From Candidatus Latescibacterota bacterium (GTDB lineage: Bacteria > Latescibacterota > UBA2968 > GCA-2709665): a DNA stretch of 64,000 nucleotides. The notes beneath the pieces were generated by a model. That model was not told the origin of the DNA. It saw nothing but the letters and a program-made list of their open reading frames with translations, and ran no database searches. Location of the stretch: NCBI GenBank assembly GCA_965208835.1, contig OZ242358.1:4800001-4864000 (forward strand). The letters are read 5' to 3'. Both the position numbers and the translations under genes were made by a program. This document shows, one piece after another, positions 28,235-37,912 of the stretch (position 1 is its first letter; the number at the start of each line of letters is the position of its first letter).

Positions 28235-29703
28235 ATCCCCAGGGCCTGACATCCATCAAGGAGCCGCTGGCGAAGCTGCTCGCGCAGGTGCCCCAGACAA
28301 ACCATCCGCTGATCGGGCATGCGTATCACCTCGCCAACGCAAGCCACGAAGGTCAGCACCGCGACGAGGGGCAGCCGTTCATTACCCATCCTATTGCCGT
28401 GGCGCTCATCCTGGCATCCGAACTCGGCTTCGCAAGAGATACGGATATGATATCCGCCGCCCTGCTTCACGATGCCGCGGAAGACTCCGTACTGACGCCC
28501 GACGAGGACATTCTTCCCACATTCGGCGCCCGTGTTACCGAACTGGTAAAGGGCGTAACCAAAGTAGACGAACCCAGCACGCGCAGCCGATCCGCCCGCC
28601 GGTCCGCTACGCTCCAGCGTCTCTTCACCGCCGCACACCGCGATCCACGGGTACTTATTCTGAAACTGGCGGACCGGGTTCACAACATGCGCAGCATCGC
28701 GGGCATAAAGGACATCAAGCGGCAACACCGGATTGCACAGGAAACCGTCGACGTCTACGCGCCGCTCTCCCGCCTGCTGGGCATGGACCGCATCCGCAGG
28801 GAACTGGAAGACCGCAGCTTCGGATGCCTGCACCCAAGAGTCTACGAGCAGCTTGTCCACCTCATGCAGGATGGCCCGCCGCAATCCTATCTGGATTTCC
28901 AGACCGAAATACGCAATATTGTCACGCGCAACGGCGTCCGCACCCGCATCCGCCTTCAATCAAAGAGCCTGAGGAGTATCTACGGCAAGGCCGCCGGCGC
29001 CGGTTCCGGCGAGTCATCCTTCCCGGTGGAAAACGTCCACGACCGATACACCGTCATTGTCATCACCTCCAACCGTTACACCTGCTACAGAACACTGGGA
29101 TTGATCCATCACAGATTCACACCCTTAATGGATGGAATAAAGGACTTTATCGCCCTGCCCAAACGGAACGGCTATCAGGCGCTGCAGACAACGGTCATCT
29201 ACGAGGGGCAACGATTCGAAGTCGCCGTTCAGACGCCTTCCATGTACAGAATGAGTGAACTGGGGGTCGCGACCCTGCGCGGCGGGCAACTCCAGGAAGA
29301 GCGGAGGACCCGTTGGCTCCAGGAACTCGCCGAATGGCATGAACACGGCGGTTCCGGTGTTCACTTCCTGGACGAAGTCAAACGCATGCTCTTTGTCCAT
29401 GAAATGGCCGTTTTCACCCCAAACGGGGATCCAATTATCCTTCCCGAAGGCGCCACCCTCACGGATTTCGCTTTTGCCGTCCATACGGACCTCGGCCTCC
29501 ACTGTATCGGCGGGCGCATCAACGGAAGATCCGCATCGCGTTTTTCGGTTCTTAACTGGGGCGATACGATTGATATTGAAACTGCGCCCCACCATCAGAC
29601 GAAACGCAGCTGGCTGCGATACGTAAAGACCTACCGCGCCCGCCGCCTCATCCGGCGTCACATCACACGGGCCGAATCGTCGGGCGAACAAATCATCAAG
29701 TAA
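28231..29703 (+). CDS. RelA/SpoT homolog: HD hydrolase + degenerate synthetase + TGS
   Basis: HEGQHR, HP, LHDAAED, KLADRVHNMR intact; synthetase motifs altered; TGS motif DFAFAVHTDLG. Confidence 0.85.
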   Translation: MNPQGLTSIKEPLAKLLAQVPQTNHPLIGHAYHLANASHEGQHRDEGQPFITHPIAVALILASELGFARDTDMISAALLHDAAEDSVLTPDEDILPTFGARVTELVKGVTKVDEPSTRSRSARRSATLQRLFTAAHRDPRVLILKLADRVHNMRSIAGIKDIKRQHRIAQETVDVYAPLSRLLGMDRIRRELEDRSFGCLHPRVYEQLVHLMQDGPPQSYLDFQTEIRNIVTRNGVRTRIRLQSKSLRSIYGKAAGAGSGESSFPVENVHDRYTVIVITSNRYTCYRTLGLIHHRFTPLMDGIKDFIALPKRNGYQALQTTVIYEGQRFEVAVQTPSMYRMSELGVATLRGGQLQEERRTRWLQELAEWHEHGGSGVHFLDEVKRMLFVHEMAVFTPNGDPIILPEGATLTDFAFAVHTDLGLHCIGGRINGRSASRFSVLNWGDTIDIETAPHHQTKRSWLRYVKTYRARRLIRRHITRAESSGEQIIK

Positions 29704-29799
29704 CCGGCAATCCGCGTCCGCGCCGGCGGCGCATGCGGGCGGTGACTCCCGCCTGCAGCATTTCATTCACGTCTTCATTGATTTTGCAGGAGTCACACT

Positions 29800-30141
29800 T
29801 TGAGAGCCCTCCTTTTCCTTTTCGCCGCCCTGTTGACCCTCGCGGCCTGCAGCCGGGACGACGAGCGCCTGAAGGCTGAAATCGCCGCACAGGAAGAAAA
29901 AATCGTCCAGGCACGGACGATCCTTCAATTCGAGCAGAAACGTAAGGCAGCGTTGCAGGACAGCCTCGAAATCAACATCCGGCAGAATATCGCCCTGAAC
30001 ATGGATTCAACCGCTGCCGCGTCGATCGAGAAAGACCGCCTTGAACTCCAGGGGACGATCGTCGAAACGGCGAAACGCAACCTGGACAGCCAGCGGGAAT
30101 TCCTGGCACACCTGAAGAAACGCCTTCAAGCGCTCAGATAA
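29800..30141 (+). CDS. Coiled-coil lipoprotein
   Basis: Lipobox LAAC, AGGAG RBS. Confidence 0.7.
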   Translation: MRALLFLFAALLTLAACSRDDERLKAEIAAQEEKIVQARTILQFEQKRKAALQDSLEINIRQNIALNMDSTAAASIEKDRLELQGTIVETAKRNLDSQREFLAHLKKRLQALR

Positions 30142-30316
30142 TCCGTAGACGGCCGGAATCGGCCTTCGAGTGAGGTGCATCGTGAAAATTCCGCCGAAGG
30201 AATTCACGGTTTCGAATCGATTTATCTATTATTACGCCAACTTTGTGGAACGCTTCTACGGCTATGTCCTGCGCCGGGATGGCCGCAATATTCCCGACGA
30301 GCATTACGTGGGGCGC

Positions 30317-32443
30317 ATGAAAGAATCAGGACGGTCGTCACGTTCCCTCCCCGGCAGGAACCCACTCCATCCCGCGGTCCGACGCCGTTGGCGCGAACTG
30401 CGTCTTCCGCAATCGCCTTCGGGACGGGAAGGTCTGTCCGAAACGGCTGCCGGCGAAATCGTACTCTTTCTCTATCGTAAGCGTCTGATGCTGGGATGTT
30501 GTGCTCATCGACTCTGGGGGAACCGGATCTCCGTTGTCGCGGAAGACGGAAGGCGCCTCACCATCCGCAGGAAATCCCTGGTCTACCTTTCCGGCGTCGG
30601 CGTCAGGGACAATCGCGACTTCCTCCGAACCTACGGCGCGTCGGTACGCGCGTTGGCGAAGCACATCGACCTCGGGGAGATCTGGCACGCATTTAAAGAC
30701 GACCACTCCGTTATCGGCATCCCGGACATCGGCGCGCTTTACTGGGGCGACGACCCCGACCCCTCACGCTGGCTTGCGCTCTACATTCACCTGGATTCCG
30801 CGTGCCCTTACTTCGTACGGACCCGACTGGACGCCTGTCGTCCGCTCGAAGCGCACCAGGTAAAAAACCGAAGCAACCAGCTCGCGGGAAAGGAGAGAAT
30901 CACCCACGAACTGACGGAATTCCTTTACTGGCTTGGGAGCGACGAGGAGGTTTACGATCCGGAAACGCTTACGGGAAAGCAACGCAACTGGCTCGAACAG
31001 ATCAGGAGCTACGCGCTGTGGGGAACGGAAGCGGATGCGGGCGGGCGAACCCGGGTGATGCTCCGCAAAATGAATGACGCGAAAAGAGACCTTCAGCATT
31101 ACGCATTCGAGCTGATGGTCCGAAAACGCATCTGGCGCCCCGACGAGAATCTGGACCTCCTCCGCGCGGATCTCACACCCGATTTTCCGGCCGACGCCCT
31201 GAAAGAGGCCGACGATATCGACCTGTCGCGAACACTGAAAGGCCGTCGAAGACTCCGGCGTGCGTTTTTCTCCCTGCGCACGGGCTCCGACGACCAGCCG
31301 GAACTCGCTTTCTCACTCAGACGCCGGTGGCGGGGCGGATACGAACTCGGCATCCATGTCCCGGACATTGCCGCCTGCATACCCGCCGGGTCCGCGCTGG
31401 ACAGGACGGCTTCCGACAGGCTCGCAACGCTCAGGTTGTCCGACCTGTCACTGACCATGCTGCCGCCGCGATTCGCAGACGACATCGGCAGGTTCAGCGT
31501 GAATCATCATCGTCCCGCGCTCAGCCTGCTATGGAAGCTCGATCGAAGTCTGAATATCGGAGACCTCCGCATCGTCCGCTCGGCGATCAGGCTGCGAACC
31601 CGTCTCTCCGCCGATGAGGTCCAGGGGCTGGATGCAAAACAACAACATCCCCTTGCCGGAACCCTTCGAATCCTCAGAAACCTGGCCGATTCCCTCCGCG
31701 AACAGCGCAGACGCAACGGCGCGTCTGAGTATTTCGGCCACGCGCAGGTCAAGGCCGTGAAGGAGGGGATCGTCATCCATCGTACGGACCCGACCGACGT
31801 CACAGCCGCAATTCAGGACGAAATGGCCCTGCTGGCCGCCGTGGAAACGGGCAAGTGGTGCGTGCATCGCAATATCCCCGCTGTTTTCATTGTCCAGGAC
31901 GCGGTCGAAAACCGGCGCGAACTCGAGGAAATCCAACACCCGATCGTGCGCCGCCACGAAATCAGCCGCCGGATCCCCTACCCGGCGTACAGCGCCGAAC
32001 CCGCCGCACATTTCGGACTCGGGGTTCGCGCGCGCTGCGCGGCCGTCGCGCCCGGAGACCGATATGTGGACCTGATGATTCAGAGACAAATCGTCCATCA
32101 TCTTGAAACCGGCAAACCACGCTACACCGCCGCTGAACTCGATCCCGTCCGGTACCGCGCACACGAGGAGAACGCGAGCCACGCGAAACTGCGCTTCCGC
32201 CGTGAGCGTTTCATGATTCTGAACCGGCTTGCGGCATCAGGGGACCGGACTTTCCGTGCTGTCGTGCTCCATACCGGCCGCAATGGCGCCCTTGTTGAAC
32301 TCGAGGCGTTTCCCATCAAGACCCGGGTCCACGCGCCATGGCCCGTGACCGCGGGCGACACGCTTCAACTTCGCCTGACCGGCGTCGATCGCTGGCGCTG
32401 CAACCCCCGTTTTCTTGTTTTGCAGGCATCCCTGGAAACTTGA
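30317..32443 (+). CDS. RNB (RNase II/R-like) domain protein with degenerate active site
   Basis: LGIHVPDIA, LTMLP, RPALS, HFGLG, RYVDL..QRQ and a C-terminal S1-like region; start uncertain. Confidence 0.75.
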   Translation: MKESGRSSRSLPGRNPLHPAVRRRWRELRLPQSPSGREGLSETAAGEIVLFLYRKRLMLGCCAHRLWGNRISVVAEDGRRLTIRRKSLVYLSGVGVRDNRDFLRTYGASVRALAKHIDLGEIWHAFKDDHSVIGIPDIGALYWGDDPDPSRWLALYIHLDSACPYFVRTRLDACRPLEAHQVKNRSNQLAGKERITHELTEFLYWLGSDEEVYDPETLTGKQRNWLEQIRSYALWGTEADAGGRTRVMLRKMNDAKRDLQHYAFELMVRKRIWRPDENLDLLRADLTPDFPADALKEADDIDLSRTLKGRRRLRRAFFSLRTGSDDQPELAFSLRRRWRGGYELGIHVPDIAACIPAGSALDRTASDRLATLRLSDLSLTMLPPRFADDIGRFSVNHHRPALSLLWKLDRSLNIGDLRIVRSAIRLRTRLSADEVQGLDAKQQHPLAGTLRILRNLADSLREQRRRNGASEYFGHAQVKAVKEGIVIHRTDPTDVTAAIQDEMALLAAVETGKWCVHRNIPAVFIVQDAVENRRELEEIQHPIVRRHEISRRIPYPAYSAEPAAHFGLGVRARCAAVAPGDRYVDLMIQRQIVHHLETGKPRYTAAELDPVRYRAHEENASHAKLRFRRERFMILNRLAASGDRTFRAVVLHTGRNGALVELEAFPIKTRVHAPWPVTAGDTLQLRLTGVDRWRCNPRFLVLQASLET

Positions 32444-32480
32444 ACCGGGACGGACAGACGTACCAACGAGGGAGAACCCG

Positions 32481-34046
32481 ATGAACCATGACTCAGCCTT
32501 GATCGCACACTGGAAACTAAATGGCGACTGCCGGGACCATGCCGGCGTCAGCCACGGCGAGAATCACGGCGTGGCCTTTTTACCCGACGGCGCGCGGTTC
32601 GACGGCCGCGGCGCCCATATCCTGGTGCCCTCCACCCGGCCGCTGGGCTTCGGTTCGGATGACTTCTCCATATCCGTTCACATACATACCGACGCAATTC
32701 TGGACGACATACCGGGAGACATCCTCAGTAAATACGATCCCGACGCGCGCACCGGCGTCAACTTCGGCCTGGCGAACAACGCCGGCGTTACGGCGGCCCA
32801 GGCCAACTACCGCCACCTTCATTTCGGGATCGACAGCGGGCATACGGGCGAATGGATCGACTGCGGCCGCCCCGGAAACAACCTGCGCGTCTATTCTCTT
32901 TGCGTCTTCGAGGGCGATCTCTACGCCGGGACGTTCGAGACCGGCGCACACGAGTCCGGAGGCGTCTACAGATACGATGGAGACGCGGGATGGATCGACT
33001 GCGGGCACCCGGACAGGTGTAATACCATGGCATCGCTATGCGTGTTCAACGGCACGCTGTACGCGGGTTCGTCCCGCTACAAGGCCGGAGGTTCAGCCCT
33101 CCCGGAATCCGAGAACCAGAACCCGGGCGGCAACATGTTCAGGTACGAGGGCGGCTCCGACTGGACACCCATCGGCCACATGGAAGGCGCCGACTCCTGC
33201 GCCGGAATGGCCGTCTACCGGGGCAACCTCTACGCAATCCCCCTCTACAGCCAGGGCGTTTTCCGCTACGACGGCGGCGAGGTGTGGAGCCACTGCGGCA
33301 CCCCGGGTCGACGCATGATGTCCCTGGGCGTCTTCAACGGACATCTATATGGCGCGGGAAACGAAGGGGAAAGCGCCGGCGGCGTCTTCCAATACGACGG
33401 CGGGACCGGGTGGGCGCACGCCGGCGGTCAGGAGGGCGTGAACCAGGTCTATTCCTTCGCCGCCCACAACGGCAGACTCCACGTGGGCACCTGGCCGGAG
33501 GGCAAGGTCTTCAGGGACGACGGCAATGATCCATGGACGTGCGCCGGACGCCTGGGAGAAGAAATGGAAGTCATGGCGATGGCCGTGTACAACGGCAAGC
33601 TCTACGCCGGCACATTGCCCCTTGGCCAGGTCTACCGGTACGACGGGGGTGACACCTGGACCCTGACCGGCCAGCTCGATACGACCCCGGACGTCAGATA
33701 CCGCCGGGTCTGGTCCATGGCCGTCTACCGGGGAAAACTGTTCGGAGGCACGCTGCCTTCCGGTCGCGTCTACGCGATGGAGGCCGGCGCCAACGTGAGT
33801 CACGATCACGAACTCGCGCCGGGTTGGCGGCATCTCGTGGCGGTCCGCCGGAACAACCGACTCCTCCTGTACGTCGACGGCGAGCAGGTTTCCGCCTCTT
33901 CGACCTTCAATGCATCGGAATTCGATCTTTCAAACGATAAGCCCCTCAAGATCGGCGCCGGAGGCGTCGACACCTTCAACGGGCGGCTCAGGGACCTTCG
34001 ACTCTACCGCCGCGCACTCACCGCGGAGGAGATCGCAAACTCGTAG
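32481..34046 (+). CDS. LamG-like jellyroll protein with inserted beta-propeller
   Basis: AHWKLNG/FDG/DFSIS at the N-terminus, WRHLVAV..LYVDG..LRLYRRAL at the C-terminus, YDG/LYAG repeats between. Confidence 0.75.
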   Translation: MNHDSALIAHWKLNGDCRDHAGVSHGENHGVAFLPDGARFDGRGAHILVPSTRPLGFGSDDFSISVHIHTDAILDDIPGDILSKYDPDARTGVNFGLANNAGVTAAQANYRHLHFGIDSGHTGEWIDCGRPGNNLRVYSLCVFEGDLYAGTFETGAHESGGVYRYDGDAGWIDCGHPDRCNTMASLCVFNGTLYAGSSRYKAGGSALPESENQNPGGNMFRYEGGSDWTPIGHMEGADSCAGMAVYRGNLYAIPLYSQGVFRYDGGEVWSHCGTPGRRMMSLGVFNGHLYGAGNEGESAGGVFQYDGGTGWAHAGGQEGVNQVYSFAAHNGRLHVGTWPEGKVFRDDGNDPWTCAGRLGEEMEVMAMAVYNGKLYAGTLPLGQVYRYDGGDTWTLTGQLDTTPDVRYRRVWSMAVYRGKLFGGTLPSGRVYAMEAGANVSHDHELAPGWRHLVAVRRNNRLLLYVDGEQVSASSTFNASEFDLSNDKPLKIGAGGVDTFNGRLRDLRLYRRALTAEEIANS

Positions 34047-34138
34047 GGCCTGCGATCCAATTCACACATTCGACGATGGCCGGAACCGCTCCGGGGGAGG
34101 CATTGAAGCCGGACGCCGGCGAATTCTGGAGAACAACC

Positions 34139-35320
34139 ATGCTCAGGGCAGGCGCCTCAAAAGTCAACATCACCCCGTTTCTGGGCGGTCCGATGGCCGG
34201 TTATTCGGCACGCGACCGCGGAAGCGAGAGTATCCACGACGAACTTCACGCAAAAGCACTGGTGCTGGATGACGGGAGCACCGGCGTCGCGCTGATTACC
34301 ACCGACCTCATCGGCATCCACCGGGAGCTCGCGGCGCAGGTCCGCGGGCTCGTCGAAGCAAGTGTCGGACTTGGCCCCGACCGGGTGTGGATGACCGGGT
34401 CCCACACCCACTTCGGTCCGGCCGTCAGCCCTGGCGGGACCGAGGACGAACAGGCGGGCCCGCATGACCGGTCGTATGCGGACGTACTGGCGGCGAAGCT
34501 GACAACCGCCGTCAAGCTCGCGCACGACCGGCTTCGCCCCGCCCGCCTCGGCGCGGGCGCCACCCGCGCCGAAGGCATCAGCTACAACCGGCGGCTTATC
34601 CGCCAGGACGGAAAGGTGGAAATGAGTCTCACGCTGCCGCCCCCCTACGAGGGTTTGAAGTTCGGTCCGGTGGATCCGGAGGTGGGCGTGCTTAAAGTGG
34701 AAGGCGAAGCCGACGGCGAATCCATCGCCTCGCTCGTCAACTTTGCCTGTCACCCCGTCTCCAGCACGGACCGCAGGTACGAAATCACCGCCGACTATCC
34801 CGGTTACGCCATGGACCTCATCGAGTCCGTGGAAGGCGGCACCTGTCTGTTCGCCCTGGGCTGTGCGGGCAATATCGTACCCATCCAACGCCAGGGCCGG
34901 TCCAAACGCCAGGTGGGTCTGTCGCTTGGCGGCTGCGCGTTGAACGCGCTTCAGTGGATCCGGACGACCGACCGGGTCCGAATCCGCGCGGCCAGAAGAT
35001 CGATCGAATTGCCGCTGCGCAATCGTCGAGGGCGGGGGCGCAAAACCCGCCCTACGGAAGTCCAGGTGTTCTGGCTCGGCGATATCCCCGTGGTCGGGCT
35101 GCCGGGAGAGGCCTTCGTCGAACTCGGACTTCGTATCAAGAAAGCCCTGGATGCCTCTCCGGTCCTGGTTGTGAGTCTCAGCAACGACAGTGCAGGATAC
35201 ATTCCGGTCCGCCGGGCGTACCGGGAGGGCGGCTATGAATCCCGCGTGTCTCCCTACGCCCCGGGCTGTGGTGAGCTGCTCGTGAAAGAAGCACTGGAAC
35301 TGGCCGAATCGATACGTTAG
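34139..35320 (+). CDS. Neutral/alkaline ceramidase-like hydrolase
   Basis: ITP..MAGY, SHTHFGP, NFACHP, ADYPG, PGEAF, GYIP. Confidence 0.75.
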   Translation: MLRAGASKVNITPFLGGPMAGYSARDRGSESIHDELHAKALVLDDGSTGVALITTDLIGIHRELAAQVRGLVEASVGLGPDRVWMTGSHTHFGPAVSPGGTEDEQAGPHDRSYADVLAAKLTTAVKLAHDRLRPARLGAGATRAEGISYNRRLIRQDGKVEMSLTLPPPYEGLKFGPVDPEVGVLKVEGEADGESIASLVNFACHPVSSTDRRYEITADYPGYAMDLIESVEGGTCLFALGCAGNIVPIQRQGRSKRQVGLSLGGCALNALQWIRTTDRVRIRAARRSIELPLRNRRGRGRKTRPTEVQVFWLGDIPVVGLPGEAFVELGLRIKKALDASPVLVVSLSNDSAGYIPVRRAYREGGYESRVSPYAPGCGELLVKEALELAESIR

Positions 35321-35364
35321 AACGAATCGGGTCTGCTTGCTCGGCCCGGGACAAGGCAACGCTT

Positions 35365-36678
35365 ATGTCGATACTTGCGATTCTTCTACTTTTTGCCGTG
35401 GTGCTGCACGTTACAAGATCTCGTGCGTCAGCCGCTGATGTCACACTTGCAGCCGGCGCGGCAAGGACCGACGTCACACCCGATCCGGCGATGGTGAACT
35501 GGGTGGATGACAGACCCTACGACGGCGTTCTGGATCCGCTCGCCCTGCGGGGACTCGTTCTCTCGGACGGCACTACCGAGTTCGGCTTGATTTGCTGGGA
35601 CCTCATCGACGCCACGGAGGAGTGTGTCATCGACGTGCGCCGGGCGGTTCGGGACGCAACGGGCATCCCCGATTCGCATGTCCTCGTGGCCGCATCGCAC
35701 ACCCATTCCTCGCCCCGGTCTCCGTTTGCCCCATCCACGTTTACCGGCCGCAAGAGCGAACGGCTGAGAGCGATCCTGGACGATCCCGTCTTCGAGGCCT
35801 GGAGCCGGCGTCTGCCCGGACAATGCGCGGAGGTGCTGAAGCGCGCCCGCGACCGCCTGCAGCCCGTCACGATGAACATCGGCCGTGCGAATGCCTCGGA
35901 ATGGCTGTTCAACCGGCGGCCGCTGGATCCCGACGGCAACGTCGTTACGATGTTTCGGCCCGGCGATCCGCATTCGCTGCCCGACGGCCTGCGTTTCGGA
36001 TCGCTGGATCCCACCCTGACCGTCCTCTCCCTTCAGAACCCCGGCGGCGCAAACGTCGCAACGCTGTACAGCGTTCCCTGCCATCCCGTTTCCATCTATC
36101 CCTATCACCGCGGCGTCTCGGCGGACTGGCCCGGGCCGGCCAATGAGCGGATTTCGGAAGTCCTGGGAGGCGAGACCTTCTTCCTGCAGGGCTGCGCCGG
36201 AGACATCGTCCCGGCCGTTCGGGGAGAAGAAGCGCGCACGGAAATGGCCCGTTTCTTCGCGGAACGGGCCATCGCGGCGGCTGGGAATTCGCACTGCCTG
36301 CCGTCTTCACCGCTGAAAGTCGCTACCGGAATTGTCGGCTTGCCGCTCGTATCCGAAGCGCGAAACATTGCAGGCGCCGACATCCGGCCGGTCGAGATTC
36401 AGGTGGTCGTCTGCGGACCCTACGGCCTGGCCGTCCTTCCCGGAGAACCCCTCAACGGACTCGCGCGCGAGATTCAGGCGCGCTCACCGCTCCCGCACAC
36501 GCTTGCCATCGGCTATGCCAATGGGCGCGGCGTGAGCTACGTGGGACTTCCCGGAGAAAAAGCCAGGGGCGGATACGAAGCAGGGGCGGGACAGGGTACC
36601 GAAGAAGCCGGCGACTTTATGGTCCGGACCGCCGTTCGGCTTCTGCAGGAAACGGTTGACGGCACTTCAGAGGGTTAA
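35365..36678 (+). CDS. Secreted neutral/alkaline ceramidase-like hydrolase
   Basis: Signal peptide; ASHTHSSP, CHP, SADWPG, QGCAGD, PGEP. Confidence 0.75.
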   Translation: MSILAILLLFAVVLHVTRSRASAADVTLAAGAARTDVTPDPAMVNWVDDRPYDGVLDPLALRGLVLSDGTTEFGLICWDLIDATEECVIDVRRAVRDATGIPDSHVLVAASHTHSSPRSPFAPSTFTGRKSERLRAILDDPVFEAWSRRLPGQCAEVLKRARDRLQPVTMNIGRANASEWLFNRRPLDPDGNVVTMFRPGDPHSLPDGLRFGSLDPTLTVLSLQNPGGANVATLYSVPCHPVSIYPYHRGVSADWPGPANERISEVLGGETFFLQGCAGDIVPAVRGEEARTEMARFFAERAIAAAGNSHCLPSSPLKVATGIVGLPLVSEARNIAGADIRPVEIQVVVCGPYGLAVLPGEPLNGLAREIQARSPLPHTLAIGYANGRGVSYVGLPGEKARGGYEAGAGQGTEEAGDFMVRTAVRLLQETVDGTSEG

Positions 36679-37630
36679 ACGACGAATTCCCCGAGATGGC
36701 GTCGATCATCTCCATCGTCTTCACCGCGTCGTCCATACCGCAGGCCGGGAACGGAAGTGCGCCTCCATTCCCGACCCATCTCAAGAACGTGCGATCCTGC
36801 TGATAGAATCCTGGTTTGTAGCGGCGATCAAAGTCATCCCCTTCGACGTTCTCAGGCTGTACATCCCTGCGTTTGATCGTTGCGGACTGCCCAGGAGCGG
36901 ACGTGAAGGTAACCCCGTTGCCGCGCACTTCCACACGGTGCCCTCCCGGAGCGAACCAGTCCATAGAGGCACGCCCGACAGCCCCGCCCGCGAAGGTCAA
37001 CAGCGCCGAACAGCAGTCCGGCATGGGACCTTCCACCGTGTGGTGAATCGGCTGGACGCTCGCCACGTCACCTCCGAAGAATCGCAACAGGTCCAGGGCG
37101 TGGATGCCGTTTGCTACGCTCCAGCGTTTCAGTACCTCTTCCGGAAATTTCGGGTTTACCCGGACCCGCTGGATATCTTCGTGGGCTTCCACGGTGACAC
37201 TTTGAACCGGCCCGGATTCGAGGATCAGCTCCCTGCCCTTGAGAAGCGTGGAATAGAACCGGCGATTTACACCCACCATCGCCGGCGTACCCGCCGCTCG
37301 CGCCAGATCGGCCAGCGCACGGGTCTCGGACGTATAGAGGCCGGGAGGCTTTTCCAGAAAGGTCGGGATACCGGACCGAATGAAGTCTGCCGCGACCGCC
37401 GCGACCTGGAGAACACTCACGAGAACGAAGACGGCGTCGGGCCGATCCCCTTCCAGAAGGCTCTCGTGCGAGTTCAGGCGATTCGCCACGCCGAACCGCG
37501 CTCCAGTCTCTTCCAGAACGCGGAGGTTGGTGTCCACAAGCGTCGTCACACACCCCTCGTGAAGGTCGGTGAGTACTTTCAGGTGCCTCTGGGCAATGTT
37601 TCCGGCTCCGACTACCGCAATGTTCAGCAT
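36617..37630 (-). CDS. Gfo/Idh/MocA family oxidoreductase
   Basis: VVGAGNIA, EKPP, NRRF, IHALD. Confidence 0.85.
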   Translation of the reverse strand: MLNIAVVGAGNIAQRHLKVLTDLHEGCVTTLVDTNLRVLEETGARFGVANRLNSHESLLEGDRPDAVFVLVSVLQVAAVAADFIRSGIPTFLEKPPGLYTSETRALADLARAAGTPAMVGVNRRFYSTLLKGRELILESGPVQSVTVEAHEDIQRVRVNPKFPEEVLKRWSVANGIHALDLLRFFGGDVASVQPIHHTVEGPMPDCCSALLTFAGGAVGRASMDWFAPGGHRVEVRGNGVTFTSAPGQSATIKRRDVQPENVEGDDFDRRYKPGFYQQDRTFLRWVGNGGALPFPACGMDDAVKTMEMIDAISGNSSFNPLKCRQPFPAEAERRSGP

Positions 37631-37675
37631 CTGGTCCTGTTTCCTGTTAGCATTACCCGCCATAATGTACTATTC

Positions 37676-37911
37676 GGGCGACCGCCGGTCGCATAAAGGC
37701 GGTAAGACGGTAGAGGGTAGAAGAAATGCGGGGAGACGGTAGAGGTGAGATGGTAGAAGAAGCCCTTGCGCGGTATATTCTTCCTCTTTGCCTTTGGCAC
37801 GAGAAGAATCCTCACACGGCAGGCAATCTCTCCCGTCTAACGTCTCCCCTCTCACCAGGTGGTGAGGTGGGGTGTGGTCCTCTCCCCTCTACCGTCTTCC
37901 CTCTCCCCGCT
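37676..37911. repeat. Family C element copy 2 with attached degenerate REP
   Basis: Reverse complement of 11306-11554, including GGGCGACC-GCC-GGTCGC. Confidence 0.8.
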
Positions 37912-37912
37912 C

